Source: Eledone cirrhosa
Taxonomy: Eukaryota
Direction of reading: 5' to 3'
Length of the DNA: 64,000 nt
Assembly (NCBI GenBank): GCA_964016885.1
Contig: OZ024741.1
Coordinates: 211,668,001 to 211,732,000 of the forward strand
Shown: positions 44,220 to 57,800 of the stretch, piece after piece
Numbering within the stretch: position 1 is the stretch's first letter
How the letters are laid out: each line of letters opens with the position of its first letter
Program-made: the position numbers and the translations under genes
The notes under the pieces: model-generated
Told to the model about the DNA's origin: nothing
The model's input: only the letters and a program-made list of their open reading frames with translations
Database searches by the model: none

Positions 44220-47200
44220 CATTGTTGTTGATGTTGTTATTGTTGGTAATGTTGTTATTGTTGATGTTGGTATTGTTGTTGATGTTGTCATTGTTGTTGA
44301 TGTGGTTCTTGTTGTTATTGTTGTTGATGTTGTCATTGTTGTTGATGTTGTTATTGTTGATGATGTTGTTATTGTTGTTGATGTTATTATCGTTGTTGAT
44401 GTTGTCATTGTTGTTGATGTTGTCATTGTTGTTGATGTTTTCATTGTTGTTGATGTTGTTATTGTTGTTGATGTTGTTATTGTTGTTGATGTTGTCATTG
44501 TTGTTGATGTTGTTATTGTTGTTGATGTTGTTATTGTTGTTGATGTTGTTATTGTTATTGATGTTGTTATTGTTGTTGATGTTGTCATTGTTGTTGATGT
44601 TGTTATTGTTGTTGATGTTGTTATTGTTGTTGATGTTGTTATTGTTGTTGTCATTGTTGTTGATGTTGTCATTGTTGTTGGTGTTGTCATCGTTGTTGGT
44701 GTTGTCATTGTTGTTGATGTTTGTATTGTTGTTGATGTTGTCATTGTTGTTGATGTTGTTATTGTTGTTGATTTTGTTATTGTTGTTGATGTTGTTATTG
44801 TTGTTGATGTTGTTATTGTTGTTGATGTTGTAATTGTTGTTGATGTTGTTATTGTTGTTGATGTTGTCATTGTTGTTAATGTTGTTATTGTTGTTGATGT
44901 TGTTATTGTTGTTGGTGTTGTCATTGTTGTTGATGTTGTTATTGTTGTTGATGTTGTTATTGTTGTTGATGTTGTTATTGTTGTTGATGTTGTTATTGTT
45001 GTTGATGTTGTTATTGTTGTTGATGTTGTCATTGTTGTTGATGTTGTTATTGTTGTTGATGTTGTCATTCTTGTTGATGTTGTCATTGTTGTTGGTGTTG
45101 TCATTGTTGTTGATGTTGTTATTGTTTATGATGTTGTTATTGTTGTTGATGTTGTCATTGTTGTTGATGTTGTTATTGTTGTTGATGTTGTTATTGTTGT
45201 TTGTCATTGTTGTTGATGTTGTCATTGATGTTGATGTTGTTATTGTTGTTGATGTTGTCATTGTTGTTGATGTTGTTATTGTTGTTGATGTTGTTATTGT
45301 TGTTGATGTTGTCATTGTTGTTGATGTTGTTATTATTGTTGATGTTGTTATTGTTGTTGATGTTGTTATTGTTGTTGATGTTGTTATTGTTGTTGATGTT
45401 GTTATTGTGGTTGATGTTGTTATTGTTGATGTTGTTATTGTTGTTGATGTTGTTATTGTTGTTGATGTTGTCATTGTTGTTGATGTTTTCATTGTTGTTG
45501 ATGTTGTTATTGTTGTTGATGTTGTTATTGTTGTTGATGTTGTTATCGTTGTTGATGTTGTTATCGTTGTTGATGTTGTCATTGTTGTTGATGTTGTTAT
45601 TGTTGTTGATGTTGTTATCGTTGTTGATGTTGTTATTGTTGATGTTGTTATTGTTGTTGATGTTGTTATTGTTGTTGATGTTGTCATTGTTGTTGATGTT
45701 GTCATTGTTGTTGATGTTTTCATTGTTGTTGATGTTGTTATTGTTGTTGATGTTGTTATTGTTGTTGATGTTGTCATTGTTGTTGGTGTTTTCATTGTTG
45801 TCGATGTTGTTATTGTTGTTGATGTTGTTATTGTTGTTGGTGTTGTCATTGTTGTTGATGTTGTTATTGTTGTTGATGTTGTTATTGTTGTTGATGTTGT
45901 CATTGTTGTTGATGTTGTTATTGTTGTTGGTGTTGTCATTGTTGTTGATGTTGTTATTGTTGTTGATGTTGTCATTGTTGTTGATGTTGTTATTGTTGTT
46001 GATGTTGTTATTGTTGTTGATGTTGTCATCGTTGTTGATGTTGTCATTGTTGTTGATGTTGTTATTGTTGGTGATGTTGTTATTGTTGATGTTGTTATTG
46101 TTGTTGATGTTGTCATTGTTGTTGATGTTGTTCTTGTTGTTGATGTTGTCATTGTTGTTGATGTTGTCATTGTTGTTGATGTTGTTATTGTTGTTGATGT
46201 TGTCATTGTTATTGATGTTGTTATTGTTGTTGATGTTGTTATTGTTGTTGATGTTATCATTGTTGTTGATGTTGATATCGTTGTTGATGTTGTTATTGTT
46301 GATGTTGTTATTGTTGTTGATGTTGTTATTGTTGTTGATGTTGTTATTGTTGTTGATGTTGTCATTGTTGTTGATGTTGTCATTGTTGTTGATGTTGTCA
46401 TTGTTGTTGATGTTGTTATTGTTGTTGATGTTGTCATTGTTGTTGATGTTGTCATTGTTGTTGATGTTTTCATTGTTGTTGATGTTGTTATTGTTGTTGA
46501 TGTTGTTATTGTTGTTGATGTTGTTATTGTTGTTGATGTTGTCATTGTTGTTGATGTTGTTATTGTTGTTGATGTTGATATTGTTGTTGATGTTGTTATT
46601 GTTGTTGTCATTGTTGTTGATGTTGTCATTGTTGTTGGTGTTGTCATTGTTGTTGGTGTTGTCATTGTTGTTCATGTTGTTATTGTTGTTGATGTTGTCA
46701 TTGTTGTTGATGTTGTTATTGTTGTTGATTTTGTTATTGTTGTTGATGCTGTTATTGTTGTTGATGTTGTTATAGTTGTTGATGTTGTTATTGTTGTTGG
46801 TGTTGTCATTGTTGTTGACGTTGTCATCGTTGTTGATGTTGTCATTGTTGTTGATGTTGTTATTGTTGTTGATGTTGTCATCGTTGTTGATGTTGTCATT
46901 GTTGTTGATGTTGTTATTGTTGTTGATGTTGTCATTGTTGTTGATGTTGTTATTGTTGTTGATGTTGTCATTGTTGTTGATGTTATTGTTGTTGATGTTG
47001 CTATTGTTGTTGTCATTGTTGTTGATGTTGTCATTGTTGTTGGTGTTGTCATCGTTGTTGGTGTTGTCATTGTTGTTGATGTTGTTATTGTTGTTGATTT
47101 TGTTATTGTTGTTGATGTTGTTATTGTTGTTGATGTTGTTATAGTTGTTGATGTTGTTATTGTTGTTGATGTTGTTATTGTTGTTGATGTTGTCATCGTT

Positions 47201-50200
47201 GTTGATGTTGTCATTGTTGTTGATGTTGTTATTGTTGTTGATGTTGTCATTGTTGTTGATGTTGTTATTGTTGTTGATGTTGTCATTGTTGTTGATGTGG
47301 TTCTTGTTGTTATTGTTGTTGATGTTGTCATTGTTGTTGATGTTGTTATTGTTGATGATGTTGTTATTGTTGTTGATGTTATTATCGTTGTTGATGTTGT
47401 CATTGTTGTTGATGTTGTCATTGTTGTTGATGTTTTCATTGTTGTTGATGTTGTTATTGTTGTTGATGTTGTTATTGTTGTTGATGTTGTCATTGTTGTT
47501 GATGTTGTTATTGTTGTTGATGTTGTTATTGTTGTTGATGTTGTTATTGTTATTGATGTTGTTATTGTTGTTGATGTTGTCATTGTTGTTGATGTTGTTA
47601 TTGTTGTTGATGTTGTTATTGTTGTTGATGTTGTTATTGTTGTTGTCATTGTTGTTGATGTTGTCATTGTTGTTGGTGTTGTCATCGTTGTTGGTGTTGT
47701 CATTGTTGTTGATGTTGTTATTGTTGTTGATGTTGTCATTGTTGTTGATGTTGTTATTGTTGTTGATTTTGTTATTGTTGTTGATGTTGTTATTGTTGTT
47801 GATGTTGTTATTGTTGTTGATGTTGTAATTGTTGTTGATGTTGTTATTGTTGTTGATGTTGTCATTGTTGTTAATGTTGTTATTGTTGTTGATGTTGTTA
47901 TTGTTGTTGGTGTTGTCATTGTTGTTGATGTTGTTATTGTTGTTGATGTTGTTATTGTTGTTGATGTTGTTATTGTTGTTGATGTTGTTATTGTTGTTGA
48001 TGTTGTTATTGTTGTTGATGTTGTCATTGTTGTTGATGTTGTTATTGTTGTTGATGTTGTCATTCTTGTTGATGTTGTCATTGTTGTTGGTGTTGTCATT
48101 GTTGTTGATGTTGTTATTGTTGTTGATGTTGTTATTGTTGTTGATGTTGTCGTTGTTGTTGATGTTGTTATTGTTGTTGATGTTGTTATTGTTGTTTGTC
48201 ATTGTTGTTGATGTTGTCATTGATGTTGATGTTGTCATTGTTGTTGATGTTGTTATTGTTGTTGATGTTGTTATTGTTGTTGATGTTGTCATTGTTGTTG
48301 ATGTTTTCATTGTTGTTGATGTTGTTATTGTTGTTGATGTTGTTATTGTTGTTGATGTTGTTATCGTTGTTGATGTTGTTATCGTTGTTGATGTTGTCAT
48401 TGTTGTTGATGTTGTTATTGTTGTTGATGTTGTTATCGTTGTTGATGTTGTTATTGTTGATGTTGTTATTGTTGTTGATGTTGTTATTGTTGTTGATGTT
48501 GTCATTGTTGTTGATGTTGTCATTGTTGTTGATGTTTTCATTGTTGTTGATGTTGTTATTGTTGTTGATGTTGTTATTGTTGTTGATGTTGTCATTGTTG
48601 TTGGTGTTTTCATTGTTGTCGATGTTGTTATTGTTGTTGATGTTGTTATTGTTGTTGGTGTTGTCATTGTTGTTGATGTTGTTATTGTTGTTGATGTTGT
48701 TATTGTTGTTGATGTTGTCATTGTTGTTGATGTTGTTATTGTTGTTGGTGTTGTCATTGTTGTTGATGTTGTTATTGTTGTTGATGTTGTCATTGTTGTT
48801 GATGTTGTTATTGTTGTTGATGTTGTTATTGTTGTTGATGTTGTCATCGTTGTTGATGTTGTCATTGTTGTTGATGTTGTTATTGTTGGTGATGTTGTTA
48901 TTGTTGATGTTGTTATTGTTGTTGATGTTGTCATTGTTGTTGATGTTGTTCTTGTTGTTGATGTTGTCATTGTTGTTGATGTTGTCATTGTTGTTGATGT
49001 TGTTATTATTGTTGATGTTGTCATTGTTATTGATGTTGTTATTGTTGTTGATGTTGTTATTGTTGTTGATGTTATCATTGTTGTTGATGTTGATATCGTT
49101 GTTGATGTTGTTATTGTTGATGTTGTTATTGTTGTTGATGTTGTTATTGTTGTTGATGTTGTTATTGTTGTTGATGTTGTCATTGTTGTTGATGTTGTCA
49201 TTGTTGTTGATGTTGTTATTGTTGTTGATGTTGTCATTGTTGTTGATGTTGTCATTGTTGTTGATGTTTTCATTGTTGTTGATGTTGTTATTGTTGTTGA
49301 TGTTGTTATTGTTGTTGATGTTGTTATTGTTGTTGATGTTGTCATTGTTGTTGATGTTGTTATTGTTGTTGATGTTGATATTGTTGTTGATGTTGTTATT
49401 GTTGTTGTCATTGTTGTTGATGTTGTCATTGTTGTTGGTGTTGTCATTGTTGTTGGTGTTGTCATTGTTGTTCATGTTGTTATTGTTGTTGATGTTGTCA
49501 TTGTTGTTGAAGTTATCATTGTTGTTGATGTTGTTATTGTTGTTGATGTTGTTATTGTTGTTGATGTTGTCATTGTTGTTGGTGTTGTCATTGTTGTTGA
49601 TGTTGTTATTGTTGTTGATTTCGTTATTGTTGTTGATGTTGTTATTGTTGTTGATGTTGTTATTGTTGTTGATGTTGTCATTGTTGTTGATGTTGTCATT
49701 GTTGTTCATGTTGCTATTGTTGTTGATGTTGTTATTGTTGTTGGTGTTGTTATTGTTGTTGATGTTGTCATTGTTGTTGATGTTGTCATTGTTGTTGATG
49801 TTGTTATTGTTGTTGATGTTGTCATTGTTATTGATGTTGTTATTGTTGTTGATGTTGTCATTGTTGTTGATGTTGTTATTGTTGTTGATGTTGTCATTGT
49901 TGTTGATGTTGTTATTGTTGTTGATGGTGTTATTGTTGTTGTTGTTGTTATCGTTGTTGATGTTGTCATTGTTGTTGATGTTGTTATTGTTGTTGATGTT
50001 GTCATTGTTGTTGATGTTGTTATTGTTGTAGATGTTGTCATTGTTGTTGATGTTGTTATTGTTGTTGATTTTGTTATTGTTGTTGATGTTGTTATTGTTG
50101 TTGGTGTTGTCATTGTTGTTGATGTTGTTATTGTTGTTGATGTTGTCATTGTTGTTGATGTTGTCATTGTTGTTGATGTTTTCATTGTTGTTGATGTTGT

Positions 50201-50616
50201 CATTGTTGTTGATGTTGTCATTGTTGTTGATGTTTTAATTGTTGTTGATGTTGTTATTGTTGTTGATGTTGTTATTGTTGTTGGTGTTGTCATATTTGTT
50301 GATGTTATTATTGTTGTTGATGTTGTTATTGTTGTTGATGTTGTTATTGTTGTTGATGTTGTCATTGTTGTTGATGTTGTTATTGTTGTTGATGTTGTTA
50401 TTATTGTTGATGTTGTTATTGTTGTTGGTGTTGTCATTGTTGTTGATGTTGTTATTGTTGTTGATGTTGTTATTGTTGTTGGTGTTGTCATTGTTGTTGA
50501 TGTTATTATTGTTGTTGATGTTGTTATTGTTGTTGATGTTGTTATTGTTGTTGATGTTGTCATTGTTGTTGATGTTGTTATTGTTGTTGATGTTGTTATT
50601 ATTGTTGATGTTGTCA

Positions 50617-50650
<34 letters not shown>

Positions 50651-53600
50651 CATTGTTGTTGATGTTGTTATTGTTGGTGATGTTGTTATTGTTGATGTTG
50701 TTATTGTTGTTGATGTTGTCATTGTTGTTGATGTGGTTCTTGTTGTTATTGTTGTTGATGTTGTCATTGTTGTTGATGTTGTTATTGTTGATGATGTTGT
50801 TATTGTTGTTGATGTTATTATCGTTGTTGATGTTGTCATTGTTGTTGATGTTGTCATTGTTGTTGATGTTTTCATTGTTGTTGATGTTGTTATTGTTGTT
50901 GATGTTGTTATTGTTGTTGATGTTGTCATTGTTGTTGATGTTGTTATTGTTGTTGATGTTGTTATTGTTGTTGATGTTGTTATTGTTATTGATGTTGTTA
51001 TTGTTGTTGATGTTGTCATTGTTGTTGATGTTGTTATTGTTGTTGATGTTGTTATTGTTGTTGATGTTGTTATTGTTGTTGTCATTGTTGTTGATGTTGT
51101 CATTGTTGTTGGTGTTGTCATCGTTGTTGGTGTTGTCATTGTTGTTGATGTTGTTATTGTTGTTGATGTTGTCATTGTTGTTGATGTTGTTATTGTTGTT
51201 GATTTTGTTATTGTTGTTGATGTTGTTATTGTTGTTGATGTTGTTATTGTTGTTGATGTTGTAATTGTTGTTGATGTTGTTATTGTTGTTGATGTTGTCA
51301 TTGTTGTTAATGTTGTTATTGTTGTTGATGTTGTTATTGTTGTTGGTGTTGTCATTGTTGTTGATGTTGTTATTGTTGTTGATGTTGTTATTGTTGTTGA
51401 TGTTGTTATTGTTGTTGATGTTGTTATTGTTGTTGATGTTGTTATTGTTGTTGATGTTGTCATTGTTGTTGATGTTGTTATTGTTGTTGATGTTGTCATT
51501 CTTGTTGATGTTGTCATTGTTGTTGGTGTTGTCATTGTTGTTGATGTTGTTATTGTTGTTGATGTTGTTATTGTTGTTGATGTTGTCATTGTTGTTGATG
51601 TTGTTATTGTTGTTGATGTTGTTATTGTTGTTTGTCATTGTTGTTGATGTTGTCATTGATGTTGATGTTGTCATTGTTGTTGATGTTGTTATTGTTGTTG
51701 ATGTTGTTATTGTTGTTGATGTTGTCATTGTTGTTGATGTTTTCATTGTTGTTGATGTTGTTATTGTTGTTGATGTTGTTATTGTTGTTAATGTTGTTAT
51801 CGTTGTTGATGTTGTTATCGTTGTTGATGTTGTCATTGTTGTTGATGTTGTTATTGTTGTTGATGTTGTTATCGTTGTTGATGTTGTTATTGTTGATGTT
51901 GTTATTGTTGTTGATGTTGTTATTGTTGTTGATGTTGTCATTGTTGTTGATGTTGTCATTGTTGTTGATGTTTTCATTGTTGTTGATGTTGTTATTGTTG
52001 TTGATGTTGTTATTGTTGTTGATGTTGTCATTGTTGTTGGTGTTTTCATTGTTGTCGATGTTGTTATTGTTGTTGATGTTGTTATTGTTGTTGGTGTTGT
52101 CATTGTTGTTGATGTTGTTATTGTTGTTGATGTTGTTATTGTTGTTGATGTTGTCATTGTTGTTGATGTTGTTATTGTTGTTGGTGTTGTCATTGTTGTT
52201 GATGTTGTTATTGTTGTTGATGTTGTCATTGTTGTTGATGTTGTTATTGTTGTTGATGTTGTTATTGTTGTTGATGTTGTCATCGTTGTTGATGTTGTCA
52301 TTGTTGTTGATATTGTTATTGTTGGTGATGTTGTTATTGTTGATGTTGTTATTGTTGTTGATGTTGTCATTGTTGTTGATGTTGTTCTTGTTGTTGATGT
52401 TGTCATTGTTGTTGATGTTGTCATTGTTGTTGATGTTGTTATTATTGTTGATGTTGTCATTGTTATTGATGTTGTTATTGTTGTTGATGTTGTTATTGTT
52501 GTTGATGTTATCATTGTTGTTGATGTTGATATCGTTGTTGATGTTGTTATTGTTGATGTTGTTATTGTTGTTGATGTTGTTATTGTTGTTGATGTTGTTA
52601 TTGTTGGTGATGTTGTCATTGTTGTTGATGTTGTCATTGTTGTTGATGTTGTTATTGTTGTTGATGTTGTCATTGTTGTTGATGTTGTCATTGTTGTTGA
52701 TGTTTTCATTGTTGTTGATGTTGTTATTGTTGTTGATGTTGTTATTGTTGTTGATGTTGTTATTGTTGTTGATGTTGTCATTGTTGTTGATGTTGTTATT
52801 GTTGTTGATGTTGATATTGTTGTTGATGTTGTTATTGTTGTTGTCATTGTTGTTGATGTTGTCATTGTTGTTGGTGTTGTCATTGTTGTTGGTGTTGTCA
52901 TTGTTGTTCATGTTGTTATTGTTGTTGATGTTGTCATTGTTGTTGATGTTGTTATTGTTGTTGATTTTGTTATTGTTGTTGATGCTGTTATTGTTGTTGA
53001 TGTTGTTATAGTTGTTGATGTTGTTATTGTTGTTGGTGTTGTCATTGTTGTTGATGTTGTTATTGTTGTTGATGTTGTTATTGTTGTTGATGTTGTCATC
53101 GTTGTTGATGTTGTCATTGTTGTTGATGTTGTTATTGTTGTTGATGTTGTCATTGTTGTTGATGTTGTTATTGTTGTTGATGTTGTCATTGTTGTTGATG
53201 TTATTGTTGTTGATGTTGCTATTGTTGTTGTCACTGTTGTTGATGTTGTCATTGTTGTTGGTGTTGTCATCGTAGTTGGTGTTGTCATTGTTGTTGATGT
53301 TGTTATTGTTGTTGATGTTGTTATTGTTGTTGATGTTGTTATTGTTGTTGATGTTGTCATTGTTGTTGATGTTGTCATTGTTGATGATGTTGTCATTGCT
53401 GTTGATGTTGTTATTGTTGTTGATGTTGTCATTGTTGTTGATGTTGTGTTGTTGATGTTTTCATTGTTGTTGATGTTGTTATTGTTGTTGATGTTGTTAT
53501 TGTTGTTGATGTTGTTATTGTTGTTGATGCTGTTATTGTTGTTGATGTTGTTATTGTTGTTGATGTTGTTATTGTTGATGATGTTGTTATCATTGTTGAT

Positions 53601-54850
53601 GTTGTTATTGTTGTTGATGTTGTTATTGTTGTTCATGTTGTTATTGTTATTGTTGTTGATGTTGTCATTTTTGTTGATGTTGTCATTGTTGTTGATGTTG
53701 ATATTGTTGTTGATGTTGTTATTGTTGTTGATGTTGTCATTGTTGTTGATGTTGTCATTGTTGTTGATGTTGTTATTGTTGTTGATGTTGTTATTGTTTA
53801 TGATGTTGTTATTGTTGTTGATGTTGTCATTGTTGTTGATGTTGTTATTGTTGTTGATGTTGTTATTGTTGTTTGTCATTGTTGTTGATGTTGTCATTGA
53901 TGTTGATGTTGTTATTGTTGTTGATGTTGTCATTGTTGTTGATGTTGTTATTGTTGTTGATATTTTCAATGTTGTTGATGTTGTTATTGATGTTGATGTT
54001 GTTATTGTTGTTGGTGTTGTCATTGTTGTTGATGTTGTTATTGTTGTTGATATTGTTATTGTTGTTGATGTTGTTATTGTTGTTGATGTTGTCATTGTTG
54101 TTGATGTTGTTATTGTTGTTGATGTTGTCATTGTTGTTGATGTTGTTATTGTTGTTGATGGTGTTATTGTTGTTGTTGTTGTTATCGTTGTTGATGTTGT
54201 CATTGTTGTTGATGTTGTTATTGTTGTTGATGTTGTCATTGTTGTTGATGTTGTTATTGTTGTAGATGTTGTCATTGTTGTTGATGTTGTTATTGTTGTT
54301 GATTTTGTTATTGTTGTTGATGTTGTTATTGTTGTTGGTGTTGTCATTGTTGTTGATGTTGTTATTGTTGTTGATGTTGTCATTGTTGTTGATGTTGTCA
54401 TTGTTGTTGATGTTTTCATTGTTGTTGATGTTGTCATTGTTGTTGATGTTGTCATTGTTGTTGATGTTTTAATTGTTGTTGATGTTGTTATTGTTGTTGA
54501 TGTTGTTATTGTTGTTGGTGTTGTCATATTTGTTGATGTTATTATTGTTGTTGATGTTGTTATTGTTGTTGATGTTGTTATTGTTGTTGATGTTGTCATT
54601 GTTGTTGATGTTGTTATTGTTGTTGATGTTGTTATTATTGTTGACGTTGTTATTGTTGTTGATGTTGTCATTGTTGTTGATGTTGTTATTGTTGTTGATG
54701 TTGTTATTGTTGTTGGTGTTGTCATTGTTGTTGATGTTATTATTGTTGTTGATGTTGTTATTGTTGTTGATGTTGTTATTGTTGTTGATGTTGTCATTGT
54801 TGTTGATGTTGTTATTGTTGTTGATGTTGTTATTATTGTTGATGTTGTCA

Positions 54851-54884
<34 letters not shown>

Positions 54885-57800
54885 CATTGTTGTTGATGTT
54901 GTTATTGTTGGTAATGTTGTTATTGTTGATGTTGGTATTGTTGTTGATGTTGTCATTGTTGTTGATGTGGTTCTTGTTGTTATTGTTGTTGATGTTGTCA
55001 TTGTTGTTGATGTTGTTATTGTTGATGATGTTGTTATTGTTGTTGATGTTATTATCGTTGTTGATGTTGTCATTGTTGTTGATGTTGTCATTGTTGTTGA
55101 TGTTTTCATTGTTGTTGATGTTGTTATTGTTGTTGATGTTGTTATTGTTGTTGATGTTGTCATTGTTGTTGATGTTGTTATTGTTGTTGATGTTGTTATT
55201 GTTGTTGATGTTGTTATTGTTATTGATGTTGTTATTGTTGTTGATGTTGTCATTGTTGTTGATGTTGTTATTGTTGTTGATGTTGTTATTGTTGTTGATG
55301 TTGTTATTGTTGTTGTCATTGTTGTTGATGTTGTCATTGTTGTTGGTGTTGTCATCGTTGTTGGTGTTGTCATTGTTGTTGATGTTTGTATTGTTGTTGA
55401 TGTTGTCATTGTTGTTGATGTTGTTATTGTTGTTGATTTTGTTATTGTTGTTGATGTTGTTATTGTTGTTGATGTTGTTATTGTTGTTGATGTTGTAATT
55501 GTTGTTGATGTTGTTATTGTTGTTGATGTTGTCATTGTTGTTAATGTTGTTATTGTTGTTGATGTTGTTATTGTTGTTGGTGTTGTCATTGTTGTTGATG
55601 TTGTTATTGTTGTTGATGTTGTTATTGTTGTTGATGTTGTTATTGTTGTTGATGTTGTTATTGTTGTTGATGTTGTTATTGTTGTTGATGTTGTCATTGT
55701 TGTTGATGTTGTTATTGTTGTTGATGTTGTCATTCTTGTTGATGTTGTCATTGTTGTTGGTGTTGTCATTGTTGTTGATGTTGTTATTGTTTATGATGTT
55801 GTTATTGTTGTTGATGTTGTCATTGTTGTTGATGTTGTTATTGTTGTTGATGTTGTTATTGTTGTTTGTCATTGTTGTTGATGTTGTCATTGATGTTGAT
55901 GTTGTTATTGTTGTTGATGTTGTCATTGTTGTTGATGTTGTTATTGTTGTTGATGTTGTTATTGTTGTTGATGTTGTCATTGTTGTTGATGTTGTTATTA
56001 TTGTTGATGTTGTTATTGTTGTTGATGTTGTTATTGTTGTTGATGTTGTTATTGTTGTTGATGTTGTTATTGTGGTTGATGTTGTTATTGTTGATGTTGT
56101 TATTGTTGTTGATGTTGTTATTGTTGTTGATGTTGTCATTGTTGTTGATGTTTTCATTGTTGTTGATGTTGTTATTGTTGTTGATGTTGTTATTGTTGTT
56201 GATGTTGTTATCGTTGTTGATGTTGTTATCGTTGTTGATGTTGTCATTGTTGTTGATGTTGTTATTGTTGTTGATGTTGTTATCGTTGTTGATGTTGTTA
56301 TTGTTGATGTTGTTATTGTTGTTGATGTTGTTATTGTTGTTGATGTTGTCATTGTTGTTGATGTTGTCATTGTTGTTGATGTTTTCATTGTTGTTGATGT
56401 TGTTATTGTTGTTGATGTTGTTATTGTTGTTGATGTTGTCATTGTTGTTGGTGTTTTCATTGTTGTCGATGTTGTTATTGTTGTTGATGTTGTTATTGTT
56501 GTTGGTGTTGTCATTGTTGTTGATGTTGTTATTGTTGTTGATGTTGTTATTGTTGTTGATGTTGTCATTGTTGTTGATGTTGTTATTGTTGTTGGTGTTG
56601 TCATTGTTGTTGATGTTGTTATTGTTGTTGATGTTGTCATTGTTGTTGATGTTGTTATTGTTGTTGATGTTGTTATTGTTGTTGATGTTGTCATCGTTGT
56701 TGATGTTGTCATTGTTGTTGATGTTGTTATTGTTGGTGATGTTGTTATTGTTGATGTTGTTATTGTTGTTGATGTTGTCATTGTTGTTGATGTTGTTCTT
56801 GTTGTTGATGTTGTCATTGTTGTTGATGTTGTCATTGTTGTTGATGTTGTTATTGTTGTTGATGTTGTCATTGTTATTGATGTTGTTATTGTTGTTGATG
56901 TTGTTATTGTTGTTGATGTTATCATTGTTGTTGATGTTGATATCGTTGTTGATGTTGTTATTGTTGATGTTGTTATTGTTGTTGATGTTGTTATTGTTGT
57001 TGATGTTGTTATTGTTGTTGATGTTGTCATTGTTGTTGATGTTGTCATTGTTGTTGATGTTGTCATTGTTGTTGATGTTGTTATTGTTGTTGATGTTGTC
57101 ATTGTTGTTGATGTTGTCATTGTTGTTGATGTTTTCATTGTTGTTGATGTTGTTATTGTTGTTGATGTTGTTATTGTTGTTGATGTTGTTATTGTTGTTG
57201 ATGTTGTCATTGTTGTTGATGTTGTTATTGTTGTTGATGTTGATATTGTTGTTGATGTTGTTATTGTTGTTGTCATTGTTGTTGATGTTGTCATTGTTGT
57301 TGGTGTTGTCATTGTTGTTGGTGTTGTCATTGTTGTTCATGTTGTTATTGTTGTTGATGTTGTCATTGTTGTTGATGTTGTTATTGTTGTTGATTTTGTT
57401 ATTGTTGTTGATGCTGTTATTGTTGTTGATGTTGTTATAGTTGTTGATGTTGTTATTGTTGTTGGTGTTGTCATTGTTGTTGACGTTGTCATCGTTGTTG
57501 ATGTTGTCATTGTTGTTGATGTTGTTATTGTTGTTGATGTTGTCATCGTTGTTGATGTTGTCATTGTTGTTGATGTTGTTATTGTTGTTGATGTTGTCAT
57601 TGTTGTTGATGTTGTTATTGTTGTTGATGTTGTCATTGTTGTTGATGTTATTGTTGTTGATGTTGCTATTGTTGTTGTCATTGTTGTTGATGTTGTCATT
57701 GTTGTTGGTGTTGTCATCGTTGTTGGTGTTGTCATTGTTGTTGATGTTGTTATTGTTGTTGATTTTGTTATTGTTGTTGATGCTGTTATTGTTGTTGATG